Shown: positions 27,384 to 39,992 of the stretch, piece by piece | Position numbering within the stretch: the stretch's first letter is position 1 | Layout of the letters: the number at the start of each line of letters is the position of its first letter | DNA from: Glycera tridactyla | Taxonomy: Eukaryota | Reading direction: 5' to 3' | Assembly (NCBI GenBank): GCA_965644265.1 | Contig: OZ286460.1 | Span: 52,886,001 to 52,950,000, forward strand | Length of the DNA stretch: 64,000 nt | Translations under genes and position numbers: made by a program | The notes under the pieces: generated by a model | Databases searched by the model: none | Seen by the model: only the letters and a program-made list of their open reading frames with translations | Told to the model about the DNA's origin: nothing

Positions 27384-30300
27384 ACTTGCCAAAAACAGGA
27401 TTTTCTCTGTCAAATCAGAGGATTCGACCATTCAAGAATGCACATCTCTCCACCTGCCTACCGAATGTCCTGAGATGTTCCACGCTATGTACCATGTAGC
27501 ATGGTTTCAAGACCAAACAAAAGCGGGAATAAATCATCAGCAACTGTCCTTCAAACACATCAAAGACCACTAAAACCACAGTCCAATAACATCTTTGGGA
27601 TTATGACCATTCCTAAACATGCAAACAAGCTTCCTATCTCCTCATTTTTAACCCTGTTCCAGTTAATTTTTTTTTTGCTGAATGTGTGAGTTTCTAGGCT
27701 GATAGCTTCTCCGAAGACAGATTACTGCAAAGATGCTGAGAGACGGGTGGTTATAGCTGCATACAAGAAACACCCAAACAGTTTGTTTCGTCTGGCATTA
27801 TGGCAGCTGCGACTAAGGTGTCCTGTATGCAGGAGAGGACACCTTAGGGTGTCCCGCTGTCATGTTGAGATGAAATGATGTATATAATCTATTTCAGGCT
27901 GGCATTAGTCGGAGGCAATCATGCGGTAAAGAAAATGGCTGCCTGCAGTCTACCTAGCCACTCTATAATGGGCTTTTGTCACTCATTAAAGCTAATGCAA
28001 TCTTTCAATCTAACCAGTCGAAACATGGCCTCAATTTCAACTCAACGCACTACTAGTAACCAATAAAGCCGAGCTTGCTTCTAGGTCCCATTGACCCACT
28101 TGTGCATTGACAGAACCACCCATGTGGAAGACGCCAAAATTACACTCAGCCAGACATGATCTGGGCATTTCTGAAGATGGGCTGACACTACTGACAACCA
28201 GATGCAATATGGACTGACCAGGAGGCTCTGACCGCCAGTCACTTCCCTAAACATCACCGTTATACCTATATCATGGCATGGACTCTGGCAGCTCGCTCAA
28301 CAGAGTCAGCACCATGAGTAGTGCAGGAAGTTCCACACAACTCAATATGCAGTAAAAATGTGGTATTTTCACAAATCATGTATAATTGCAATCCATTCAA
28401 TCTAAGGAAATGACAGGATCAGATTTAACATTGTCAAATATCTTACGAAATGGGGGGAGGTTGACAAAAGTGATACATCAGTAACAGTTTCAGTATGGAT
28501 TTTGCCTGAAAAGTTTGACCATATAGTTAGAAATCTGTCAACAAAATTGACAGGGTGACTTTTATACTCAGAATTTCCATGTGTCTATCATTACTGGTTT
28601 GTCATTGGATTCCTGATGCAGAACACACAACATTCCCTTTGCCCTCTGTCCAACAAGATAACAAGCTTGTAATGATGGCAGGAGATGAGGTCCCGGATTG
28701 ATGCTATTGCCAGGTAAGGGGATGGGGATGAGGATGGGGAGGCAGGGAGACAGGGATGAGCAATCAATGTCGGTCCAGTAATAGGATGAGTTACCAGAAT
28801 CCACAGTAATCATAAGAATGCCCACGGTGACCATTACCAGAATGAGTATCAGTATCCCCTCAATGCATGTCCAACACACCCTCCTCGTTCTCCCTTCATT
28901 CCCACTAGCCCGCTAGCCCGACAGGCCTGCCTCAGCTGCTCATTTCACTGGGTCAAATAGCAGTGTCCCCCTCACACATACACAACACATGGGTTCCTCA
29001 TGATGCCAATATGCAGTATCATCAGGAATATAGTGGAATTTTCATGGGGAAAACATACTCTGAAATGTATGCAATTTGAACATTGCATTCAAATTCATGC
29101 TAATTCAAAATATCAATTTTTTACCTGAATTATGCACTTCTGAAGATTTGCAGAAGAGACATGAGTCACCAAGAACATCCTAATTCTGTGATCTTTGTCA
29201 ATTATTGTATTCTGGCTATCATGAGGAAATTTGTCTAAAGATGCTGAGATTTCATGAATGGTAATGCCCACAGCTAATTTTGGGTTAAAAAGCCTATAAC
29301 TGTGGCATGCCCAAGATTGTGATTAGGATCCTAGTGCAAACTGATAGTAGCAAACGGGCAGCTTGGGTGTCGTTGTCCCCATTCAACGTGCCGTCATTTC
29401 ACCACCTACCGAACCCGGACCCCCACCCCGCCATATCTACATCCTGTACTAGCCTCTACCCTGGAACTATAGCAAGCTAGCAAACTAGCAACAGTGTGCC
29501 CTTAGTCAGAGGACTTCAGATACACACGATGACATGGTTAGAGTCAGTCAATCGCTGCATCGTCAGTGCCCACATTTCCAACACGAAATCCATAATTTGT
29601 CAACCAAACTAGTAATTATCTCAACTGTATTGTGCCATATGCAGGTCAGAAAATTTTCCAGTTCATCGAACATTGATGCCTGGGACAGGATATCCTAAAT
29701 CATGATTTAACATCCTAAAAATGCCACATAATACCTCCAATAGTTTCAATGAATTTCCTTAATCAACAATTTTCTGCAAAAGTAGCATCACTTATTTGAT
29801 TCTTCTAGAAGGACAGATTGCATAGCCCTGAGCCTGAGCACAATCCTTCCTCCATCCTGATATGCTCAGATTGAGGATAGACTGAAATACAATCATTGCT
29901 CTGAGGAATGGAATTTCCTGAAGTCATTCCTCATTCTGAATAATACACACTGAACACTTCAAAAGATACATGCACAGACATGAACACCACTCATGTGCTG
30001 GGAAACTCTTTTGGGCATAAAACTATAGTCAGGCTCAATCATCTGAATATTCCCAATTCCTTCAAACTTCATATCTGACTTTCTCCCAAACATCTGAATT
30101 TGAAAATGGTTTAGGAATTCGCATAAGTGAAATTCACTTGTCCATTGACATGTGGTGAGAAGCCCAATGAGAAGCGGGCTAGTCATGACACAAGAGAATA
30201 GATCTGTTCTGAAATTGATCCCGAGACGGCTAGACTATATTCTGCTGCAGAACACAGCAACCCAACTGTGTCAGACACACAATAAAACATAATAAATTGC

Positions 30301-32517
30301 CTCCGTTTGTCATCATTTGACAACCTCCCATCGATTTCTCATTAACATGTTCATGCCATTCGCACCCTGATTGTGTCTGATTATTCCAACAAAAACAAAC
30401 ATTGGCCATGACGCCCATGTCCTATAAAGCTTCTGATCCATATGGTGCTGATGGCCGACTAGCTTCAGATTGCAACATCCCTAAACATCACCCACATTCT
30501 CAATGACAGGAACATTGCAGCTGATGTATTCCAACAGTTGAGAGATGACTGCATTGTTTGCTGAGAATGGGATATACACAGGTCTTTATAATCTATGCTC
30601 ATGTAACATTTGAGCTACTTTTAATGGACAGAATATAATAAATATGCACAAGAATCAATCATGCCTTAGACCAATATTAAATTGGAGTCTCTTGAATAAT
30701 CGGGATAGAAAAAGAATCAGAGAAAGAGAAAGAAAAATTGCGCAGTCCAAAAAGTCACAGTACTCGATAATGCCAAGGGATTGAGAGCCACACAAAATGG
30801 CAGGTCTCACATGCTGCTGCATTAGCAATGTCTACAATGCTCCAATATTCATTCTCCCTTGATAGCAATATGAAATGAAATTGGAAAGGTAGTGTGCACG
30901 TGGGATGATGAACATATTAGAAAATGCTCATCTGAATACCATTCCTCGTATCTTAGTTTCTTCAAGTACCCTTAATCGGCCGGCAAAGATCAGAACTCAA
31001 TGAGATGATTACTGTCACTACCTGATTAAGAAATAAGTGCCTATGCAAAAGCCGATAACTCATCCGACCACTTCTGCCAAGGCTTGCATGCCAAAATGGG
31101 GGGAAAAATATAGCATGGTGACTGATTAAAACCTCTTTTATGAGCGAGCCATTTTAATTTCCTCTAGCTGTGGGTTGGTGCGTTGTCGCAGGCAAGTGAT
31201 TATCACCAAGGGGGGAATGGCTTCATGTAAATGAATATTGCCTCCTTGTATTGCTGACAAAAATTCTATTAGCCAAGCACCAGGCTTGTACGACCACCTG
31301 AGCTATGTGAAATGAGATTAGCCAGGACTGAAATAGACGACATTATATTTCTTGACTATTCTGACACCACGGCTAACCACGTCTCCCGCTCCCGCTGACA
31401 ACCCTGCACAGTAAAATGGTCAGTATGAAGCCATACCAATTATCATATATTTAAGTATTCAGAACTACAAAAGAGGGACCCTTTTTCTCGAGATTCCTCC
31501 CATTCTCAGCTCATTTCACATGACAGACAGAATATTTGTGGGCTCTAATGCATCCCCTATGAGAAAACATCAGGGTCAGTCAGATTCCTTTCTGGGCTGA
31601 GGTTTTCGTTTTCTGAGATATTCAGGTCATAAACTGAGGGAAAGTGGCTGAGACAGTAGAATCTGTGGTCTTCTCTAGGGTTCATGATAAAATCCATCGA
31701 AATAAGTATGAAATGGGAAAAATTGTGATTTTCAAGCATATGTTCATTTTCAAAAAAAAAATGCACTTTCTCGCCATCCACATTGTGGAGAATGAATCCT
31801 TCACTTGCAAATGATGATTTCTTGGGATGGATAGATGGATTGATGACAACAAGGATGCAGGTGTGTGAAGGTCATCGTGATGAGGATGGAGAGGAGGGAG
31901 GGAGGGTAGATCAGCAAACTATTAGCTAGTATAGAGGCCAGCCTTGGCTACATCTACATACATTACTTATTCATACCCTCTCACCTGTGACCACTCTTTG
32001 ACATTGGCCTCACTCAGAAATTGCACTTCCCCCATATTCATCCTGCCCTTTGACCTACTGAGGAATTTGGAACCTTAGTAGATGGGGACCTTACACTACT
32101 TTATCTGCAAATGTGCAATATGTTTGCATGTGTGTGTATGTGAGCAAGAGCAATATGCTTGGGTGTGCAGCTTTCTTTCTCTCCATGTCATATCAAGAGG
32201 TATCTATCTTACAAATCCATATAAAATGTGCTCTCAATTTAAAATCAAATAATTCTCTAGGAGTGTAGAAGTACTGAAACTTGTGATACACTTTCCTTCA
32301 TATCAATGCACCAAGTATAATCAATGAAAAATGTAAATAATGCGAAATATTCTGATGAAACTGATAATACTAACTTATGAAACAGATGATGTGGATATAT
32401 CACACCAAAAGTGGTTGGGTTTCTTTATTGGCTTTCTCCAGAAATGAATGCAGACTACCAATTATACACAATGGAAACAAATTAGCTGCATAGATCCTGA
32501 TGTATCAGGTTACACCG

Positions 32518-32519
<2 letters not shown>

Positions 32520-32572
<53 letters not shown>

Positions 32573-32806
32573 TTAGTGTGTGTTAGTGTGTGTGTGTGTG
32601 TGTTAGTGTGTGTGTTAGTGTGTGTTAGTGTGTGTNNNNNNNNNNNNNNNNNNNNNNNNNNNNNNNNNNNNNNNNNNNNNNNNNNNNNNNNNNNNNNNNN
32701 NNNNNNNNNNNNNNNNNNNNNNNNNNNNNNNNNNNNNNNNNNNNNNNNNNNNNNNNNNNNNNNNNNNNNNNNNNNNNNNNNNTGCATCTGAGCAAGTGTG
32801 TATGTG

Positions 32807-32887
<81 letters not shown>

Positions 32888-32890
32888 TAA
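32520..32890 (+). repeat. (TG)n microsatellites flanking an N-gap
   Basis: TG runs at 32520-32635 (with GTGTTA variants) and about 32795-32890. Confidence 0.95.
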
Positions 32891-34454
32891 TGCATGCATG
32901 TATAGACCATACATACAGACTGACAACAAGTGATCAGAGAGAGTAAATAAACCCTAGTTGTTGTACACAGGTTAACGCTCATAAGGGAAAGTTGATAGTG
33001 GTACTAGACTGATGATTATGACTTAACAGATCACTGAGTAAGATCAGAATCCCACCACATACTAAACTTCTTAACCCTTTCATTCCCAGAAACCATGCAA
33101 TCTGACACTTCATCCAGTTACATCCTCAAATACTGCATTCAAAACAAGTAGGCATCAACTGTTAGTGGATATTTATGGATGAATCATGAATGCCAGGTAG
33201 TTTTATAAATATTTTGTACAATGATCACTCCCGATCTCAACAACAAGGATTATACAGTAGATGGGGAGATGTCCAAAGAGCTGTTCTTGGGATGAGACAG
33301 TCAAAGAGACAGCTTAAGGAGTCAGAGCAACCCCATTGTCACCATCAGACTAAGTGCATAATCAAACACCTTAATAATGCCTGGTCAAGGTGCCCCTCTG
33401 GCCAAGCAGCCGGGTCACTCTACACACCCCTAACAATGCACCCTGAATAGTAAGGGTGATGTAACCCGGCTCAAGTCGTCATAAGCTGCTCACCCTCAGG
33501 CAACCCCTTTTGTCACCCCTTTTGTCCTCGTTAACGCGGTGGAAAACTGGAAGTGGTCAGTCTGCTCATCGGCTGCCACCAATACCCAACAATTTAGAAA
33601 ATTACCCCAGATAAACTGACACGGTCCTAATGCACCTTAATCCGCTAATATCGGGGCTTTTGTGGGTACTTTTCAAGGCTGTTTTGTTTTCGGGATTAAG
33701 ATTCTCCCATAAATTTTGAATAACCCGCTGCCACTTCATCTCGGGTAAGCGATGACAACGCCGACATGTGAGCCCGCTGTCATAATTGCGGGCACAAATT
33801 GATAAAAATACAGGCATGCATTAATGATTATGCATTTAAAGCGCCGATTGGATTTCAGACATTTGGAAACATAATGACTTTATTGAATGTATCACTCTCG
33901 CCCGGTGAGCAGTCCCCAACTGCATAATCAGTTTGATATGATATATGCAAGATGCGTTCGGCAATGAGACAGCCGCCGATGGATTTTTCTGGGATGCAAG
34001 GATGCAGAGATGGCAGTGATGTGTAATTTTAATTAACACACATAATGCACTAATAGCAGTTGTTATTATCACATAGCAATCTCTGATCCAATGTATAATG
34101 CTTCCTGCACATAATTTATGAGTTCCAAATAACAATGTGATGGTGCAGCGAAACTTGTACAGATTGCCATCTCATGATTCTCGCCGGCTTGTGAAATGCA
34201 GCATAAAATAGTTGGCCCTTTTACTCAACAGTCCCACCATCATGGAAGCATTCATTCTGATTTGAGTGCATTGCAACTGATCCAAGATACAAGATTGTAG
34301 CATAAAAGAAGCAGCTAAGCTGAAAGCAATACCCTGCTTGTATCACCATGAAATTTTGATCACTTTCACGAGATTGGCATGGATCACATCAATGTATGAT
34401 GTACTAAAAAAAGTAGCATACATGAATAGGTTTGCATCCGAAATGGTAATTTTG

Positions 34455-34527
34455 CATTGCAAATGGTTCCAAAAATGTAAGTATGCATTTCCGATGCATA
34501 CTTACAATTTTGGAACCATTTGCAATG
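34455..34527. repeat. Near-perfect inverted repeat, 34-bp arms with a 5-nt loop
   Basis: cattgcaaatggttccaaaaatgtaagtatgcat-ttccg-atgcatacttacaattttggaaccatttgcaatg; one mismatch. Confidence 0.95.
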
Positions 34528-37500
34528 TTCAAGATTCCAAGATACTAGCCAGAACCACAGTAAATCCAGATTTTTTAAGTCAACAGAACCACAACCAAAG
34601 GATTGGTCTTTGATCTTGAGGCACACAATAATTATCTTCCTGGGTGATCTGTGAAAATACTTTTGGGTTTGAACTATTCTGCATGGACCCTGGCCTAGTT
34701 TCCTGCTGATTTATTGGTTGGTGAGCTCTGCAATATGTCCACCATCTTGCCTACATTAATCCACTACGGCTGAGAACAAATCTGGCTGAATCACTGATGG
34801 CCAAAGCGGCTGAGTTGATCAGAGGCAATGATCTTGTTCGGTCCAGCCATAACGGCCATTGTAGCTTTATTTAACTGCAGAATGTGGGACAAAAGTGTTG
34901 TGCTTTCCATTAATGGCAACATTAGCCCGTCATCACTGGTAGCAGCAACATCATTGCTTCTCATCACCATTATTGGTCAGCGCTGGAATGGGGTGATGAG
35001 GGGGTGAAAGCAAGGGAGGAGGGCGAAATTTAACTACCTCACATCAGGCTCAGTAAAATAGCACCAAATCTATGGGACTCTCATATCCAACAGCAGCTTT
35101 GTTGGTTGCGTAGAATTCATACATCAAATTTGATGGCATCCATAGATCTGAGGTCTTGAATTTTAGAGTAGGAATCAAGATCACTTCAGTGTCATGGTAC
35201 TTGATTATAAACATTATCTCAAAAATATTGGGAATCCTGATAGGATGACATTCAAATTCAGGATCCATGGAATCCGATATTTCATCTGCTTCATGCTCAA
35301 TATACCCCTTAAATTTTCCCCATTGTTTCCAATTCTCGGCATCCTGAATGGCCCAAATTGGTCGCCACCATTGAAACATGCGCTATTTTCAGCAACTAAA
35401 GTTTGGAAGCTGAGTGGACATTATCAGCAAATTGTGCATGTCTGTCTGGTGCAGCGAGGCATCGAGTGGGAGTCCGTGCCTCTCTACGCACTGCATTTGG
35501 CCGCATCGATTATCGATAGTGTTCAGTCGAGTGTGGTCGACATGAAAAGGTGCACCGTAAGCCCCATCATAATGGCTTGAGTGGTGCACTGCGATCATGT
35601 CGTCAAAAAGCATCAGGAGTGAACGGCATGAAATGCTGCCTATACACCTGCCCTCTAGCCAGCCGGCAGCGCACGGCTCCTGCTAACGCTTCACATTGAC
35701 ATTTTTAACCCCTCTAAGCGCTCCATCTCATATCAACGCTTATCTTGGCAAAAAAGCCGAAAACAATCCTCGATGGAGTAAAACTGATCAGTGGTGTCAC
35801 TGGATTGAAATCAAATTTCATAAAATGTGACCGAATGCTGGAAAATATTTCCAGAGGAAAATTATTTTACAGCAATGACTCGATGTAGGAGCCACTTGCT
35901 GTAGGGATAATCCAGATGACGATAAATGAGATTATAATGGAACTCTATCACTCCATGAGACTCGACTTGCGACTTTCAATCAGTTTTCAGAAGATTTTGC
36001 ACTTCGATTCCAATATAGCAATCTCCTGAACATAAACAAACTTGCACAGAGGAGATGACAATATGATGCTTTTATCAATGTTGAGAATGAAAATGATGAA
36101 CTTTGATTACAAGGCTTGCACGAAATAGCATTCAAGATGAGTCATAGAATGACCATGGTCTGTTTAGATATGACAGGATTTGCTGTGTTATGGTAACAGT
36201 GAGGTGTGTGTATTGCTCGAGGGCACGGTGGTCCGCTGACACACAGTTCTGCTAGTTTAGTCCAGGTAAATGAGTGGAATTATCGGGTTTATTAAAGTGA
36301 AATGAAGTGAGGATGATGAGGGTAGCTCAGGTATGGGCTGTGAGAGATGCTAATCAATGTTTGATGACAAACGCAATGATCGTGAAGCACCGAACAGTGC
36401 AACTTCAGTTGCCGAACAGGCGCCCGTTAGCCGGCAGATGAGTCTTGAACCAGTCATGTGCAAGTGACTGCAAATGGGTTTGTGAAAGCCTTCCACACCA
36501 GTGCCAGTGCCCAATTGCAGGGCCACTTGGTGCTAAATGTCCCACTCATGATGCAAGCTAGAATGCACCGGGATGAAAGTCCTAGACGAACGCGAGCGTG
36601 CAGTTGAGCGCACTCGGCGTCGGCGTCCCATCTGTGACGCTCTTCGTGAGAACCTTCCCCCATAGGACACTCCTATCTCCTACCTAGCCACTCTTATAAT
36701 CAATTCCTAACACAGTTGGCACGCCAGCACAAGCAGGCTAATCAACACTACCAGGTCGGCATTTCCAGTACTTTCACCAAAGACAAGTGAAGCTTACTAT
36801 GACAGGGATGACAATGATTCCATCTCAAGTCCCAGATGCCTTCTTGCATAACACCTCTTCCACTATTATGTCGTGAGATCAGAGATGACGGTCACCTAAC
36901 GGGGACTTAATATGTCTATGTGGGATTGTGATGACTCTGAAGGTGATTCATGATTATAGACCTCAGACCGAGCCACAGCCACCTCATGACCTGATACTGG
37001 ACGCATAAAACTGTCAAACTTGAATAGATTTCCTCATCAGGATTTTTCGATTTGTTGGTCCCTTACCAGCTATACAGCAGCATGTGCTATACTGAGATGT
37101 GTGTCTGATGTCTGGGAAGAGGTAATACCCATTGTCTAATGACCACCATCTTCATAAACCTTAATCAGAGATGGTGCAAAACTACCATTATGATAGCCAC
37201 CTGATGTGATACATGATGGCAGTCACTATCCAAAAATTATTTCAGAATATCTTTGATCAGGATCTGATTAGAAAGAGATGCTCATGGATGAAGAGAATGA
37301 TCACATCTTAGAAAGTGAATACTGCTCAATATAGCACACCTCCCATCTGCCTTAGACTACATTACTAATAAGTGATGCCATGATTATGCAATGGGACAAC
37401 GATTCTAATTCTTTCACCAAACCTTTGTCTTACTAGAAGTTGACACAAACCTGACTGAATTTGGCTAATTCATTCACAGACAGATGAATTCAACATTACA

Positions 37501-38969
37501 GGCAGAGGATGAAATTCCCTTCAAATATTTGTCTGGCCTGACTGGAGTCTGACTTCTATTATTGGGACAGCTGAGCCCTTGATATTCTCCGAGCATGTCG
37601 ACCATAAATAATTTGAAGTGAGCGGGTGGTGCATGTCTGAGATTTGTGCACGAGTGGTGATGCTATCTGAGTTAGGAGACTGTAATGAGTGACCACGGGG
37701 TGGACTCGATGTGACCGCTAGATCCGACCACAGTCAGCCCCGCTTCCGTTGTCTGTTCGCCAGCAAACTCTGACTGGCGGCGAGAACGCGTCTATGTCTG
37801 ATGGTAGCGGGACAATGTGACGTGGAACGAGCTACACAACACCTCTTACAGATCCACTGAGACTGATCAGCATCGTCACATTTCGGAATCCACTAACACT
37901 GATCAATCTTGACCACTCCAACATGATGCTAATTATACGCCCACATCAACCCCTTTCTCACCGATCTAACGAGAGAAATCATGTGTCCACTGTCAACCCT
38001 CAATCCAAACAACTGTAGCGATAATACATTCTTCCTCCAAACCGGTCGTTCCTTTGGAAGGATTTTCAACAAGCTTCACAGCTTCACCAAAAAAAAACCA
38101 AAAAGGGATAAATAAAGAATACAGAGCTGAGACAAACAAGGAATTACCAAATACGCTGATATGCCTCATATCCGTGATGTCAGTCAAAATCGAAATCGAA
38201 GAATACTGTCCATTCTGCAAATCGAGTGATGCTGTATTTTGTGAAATTTCATATTTCAACTCCCTCTTACTTTGGCTGTGCAAACAAAACTCAACACTCT
38301 CCACTTGCTTTTAAGGCAGCATCACCTTTATCTGCTCGTAATGGAAGCACTGCCGAAAACAGGCAAGAGGATGCAAGTGTGAATCACAGAGTATGCTCTG
38401 TGAATGTGATATGCTCATTGCTCATGCAACTGAACTAAGGTGATAAAAGGCAATTTTCTGCTGCTGTAGGTTCTGGCTAAAGCGGCTTGTCTGTTTGACA
38501 CAATCTAGACTACACAACTCACAGTTACTCACACCTCCCCGGCCCAGCCCTCACACTCTACATGTGCTCATCTGCACATTCACACATGGCAGTGGAAATA
38601 TTTACCATAGCATAAGAGAACCTGTATTTCACACTTAGTCATATTATGCAGAATCACAGATGCTCATCCCCTCCATAAAATCATCATAAAGTTGATATTG
38701 ACGGCATCTGCATCGGAGGCCACTAATTAAGATTCAGCAGCGGAGGTAACATCCCAACCCTGAACCCACACCACATACATCTACCTGATGAACACAGGAT
38801 TGAGGGTTTTTTGCCCAGACCACCTCAATTCCAGCCAGAGTAACAATCTTGTACAATGCCACCCCAACCTACAACATCCACGTTCTGAAACCAATTCATC
38901 ACTCATGCATACACATATCAGCTCTCTTCTTCCACACACGAAGAAGTACAGAAAGCACATTGTCGATCA

Positions 38970-39127
38970 CAGTTGAGCCTATTTGAGACCACCTGTATAG
39001 AAAGGCCTCCTGCCTACAATGGCCACTTAGATGACCATGATAGCATTTTTCATGGTATGCAGCCTCTATGAAGGCCAATCATATAAAAAGACCACTTTTT
39101 ATGGGTGGCTTTTGTAGACAGGTTTGG
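38970..39127. mobile_element. Degenerate copy of the same MITE family
   Basis: cagttgagcct..gagaccacctgtatagaaaggcc ... gggtggcttttgtagacaggtttg closely parallels the 6705 element; ends are eroded. Confidence 0.65.
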
Positions 39128-39856
39128 CATCACACCTCCAACGACATAATATCACCTTCACCATTATCTCAAGTAGCCTGGTTCAAATCATAGTGGAGAC
39201 TGAAAGAAAGCTCCCTTTCAGTAGGAGCATAAATGAGAGGCCTCTTTCCAAATTGATATATTGAATCATAACCCGAAGAAGACCTAAACTTTTCTCATCA
39301 CAGGTTTTCAGTGTTGTTAAAATTTCGGAGAAGGTACCATATTTTGGTGAGGGAATAGCAGAGGCGCAGGCACTGATGGAATGCATCGGAGCTGGTATGA
39401 ATGGGATGGCATATTCGACTTTGATACACTACATGACAAAATATTGATCGAGGCCTGAAATATATTTATGGATTCATGACACACACAATATCCCATGAAT
39501 ATCGATTGATCGGCACCCGGATTTGTGTTCCTGGCTGCCATTGACAGCAAAAGATGAAAGGGGAGGGGGCCAGTGCATGGGGCCATGGCAATGGAGACTG
39601 AGAATTAAAATCTGCCAGTATGCCTCACAATGGCTGAAAAATACCTGTAATATGAAACCCTGACTGCTGATGCACATGTTTGAAAATAGTGTCACCTAGT
39701 GCCATGCCTCAACATCTAGTGGTGTCACTAGCGAAAGTCATGAACAGCCCCCCTAAATCCATATCTGAAATTCATCAAAGATGGATGCTTCCGCCATTGT
39801 TGAAAATAGAGAAGAAGGAAAAACGGAAATAATGAAAGATCTCTACTTACATTCAC

Positions 39857-39992
39857 CAACTTCGCTGCCATTATCTGCATTCTGAATTGAACTATTGCTG
39901 GGTGCACTATGAGGGCCGGGCGTATCACCAGACCGTGTTGACAAAGCATCATCGGCTTGACTAAATGATAAGTTTCCTTGTGAGGGTGGTCG
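39857..39992 (-). CDS. Meis: Internal coding exon of Meis/homothorax (TALE homeobox gene); linker between HM domain and homeodomain (vertebrate exon-7 equivalent)
   Basis: Acceptor ggttttcattctgtgtgttttcag|CGA (phase 0) and donor GTTG|gtgaat (phase 1). Translation RPPSQGNLSFSQADDALSTRSGDTPGPHSAPSNSSIQNADNGSEV-G resembles, from recall, vertebrate Meis1 [31 protein letters not shown] and Drosophila Hth RPPSSSLSY...DD...TPGP. The 0/1 phases match the vertebrate exon as I recall it. Confidence 0.9.

Larger units (their letters stand above)
1..39856 (-). other. Meis: Large intron downstream of the Meis linker exon (the homeodomain exons would lie beyond position 1)
   Basis: By-eye search of the minus strand found no KKRGIFPK/AWLFQHL, HPYPSE..QVNNW or FINARRR exon. 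Very long introns at this position are typical of Meis/hth. Confidence 0.7.

Noticed and set aside
33491-33548. Minus-strand exon-like segment VFHRVNEDKRGDKRGCLR with GG|gtgagc donor
   Set aside because: 53 nt would frameshift Meis; the KRG repeats come from a short ccccttttgtc direct repeat.
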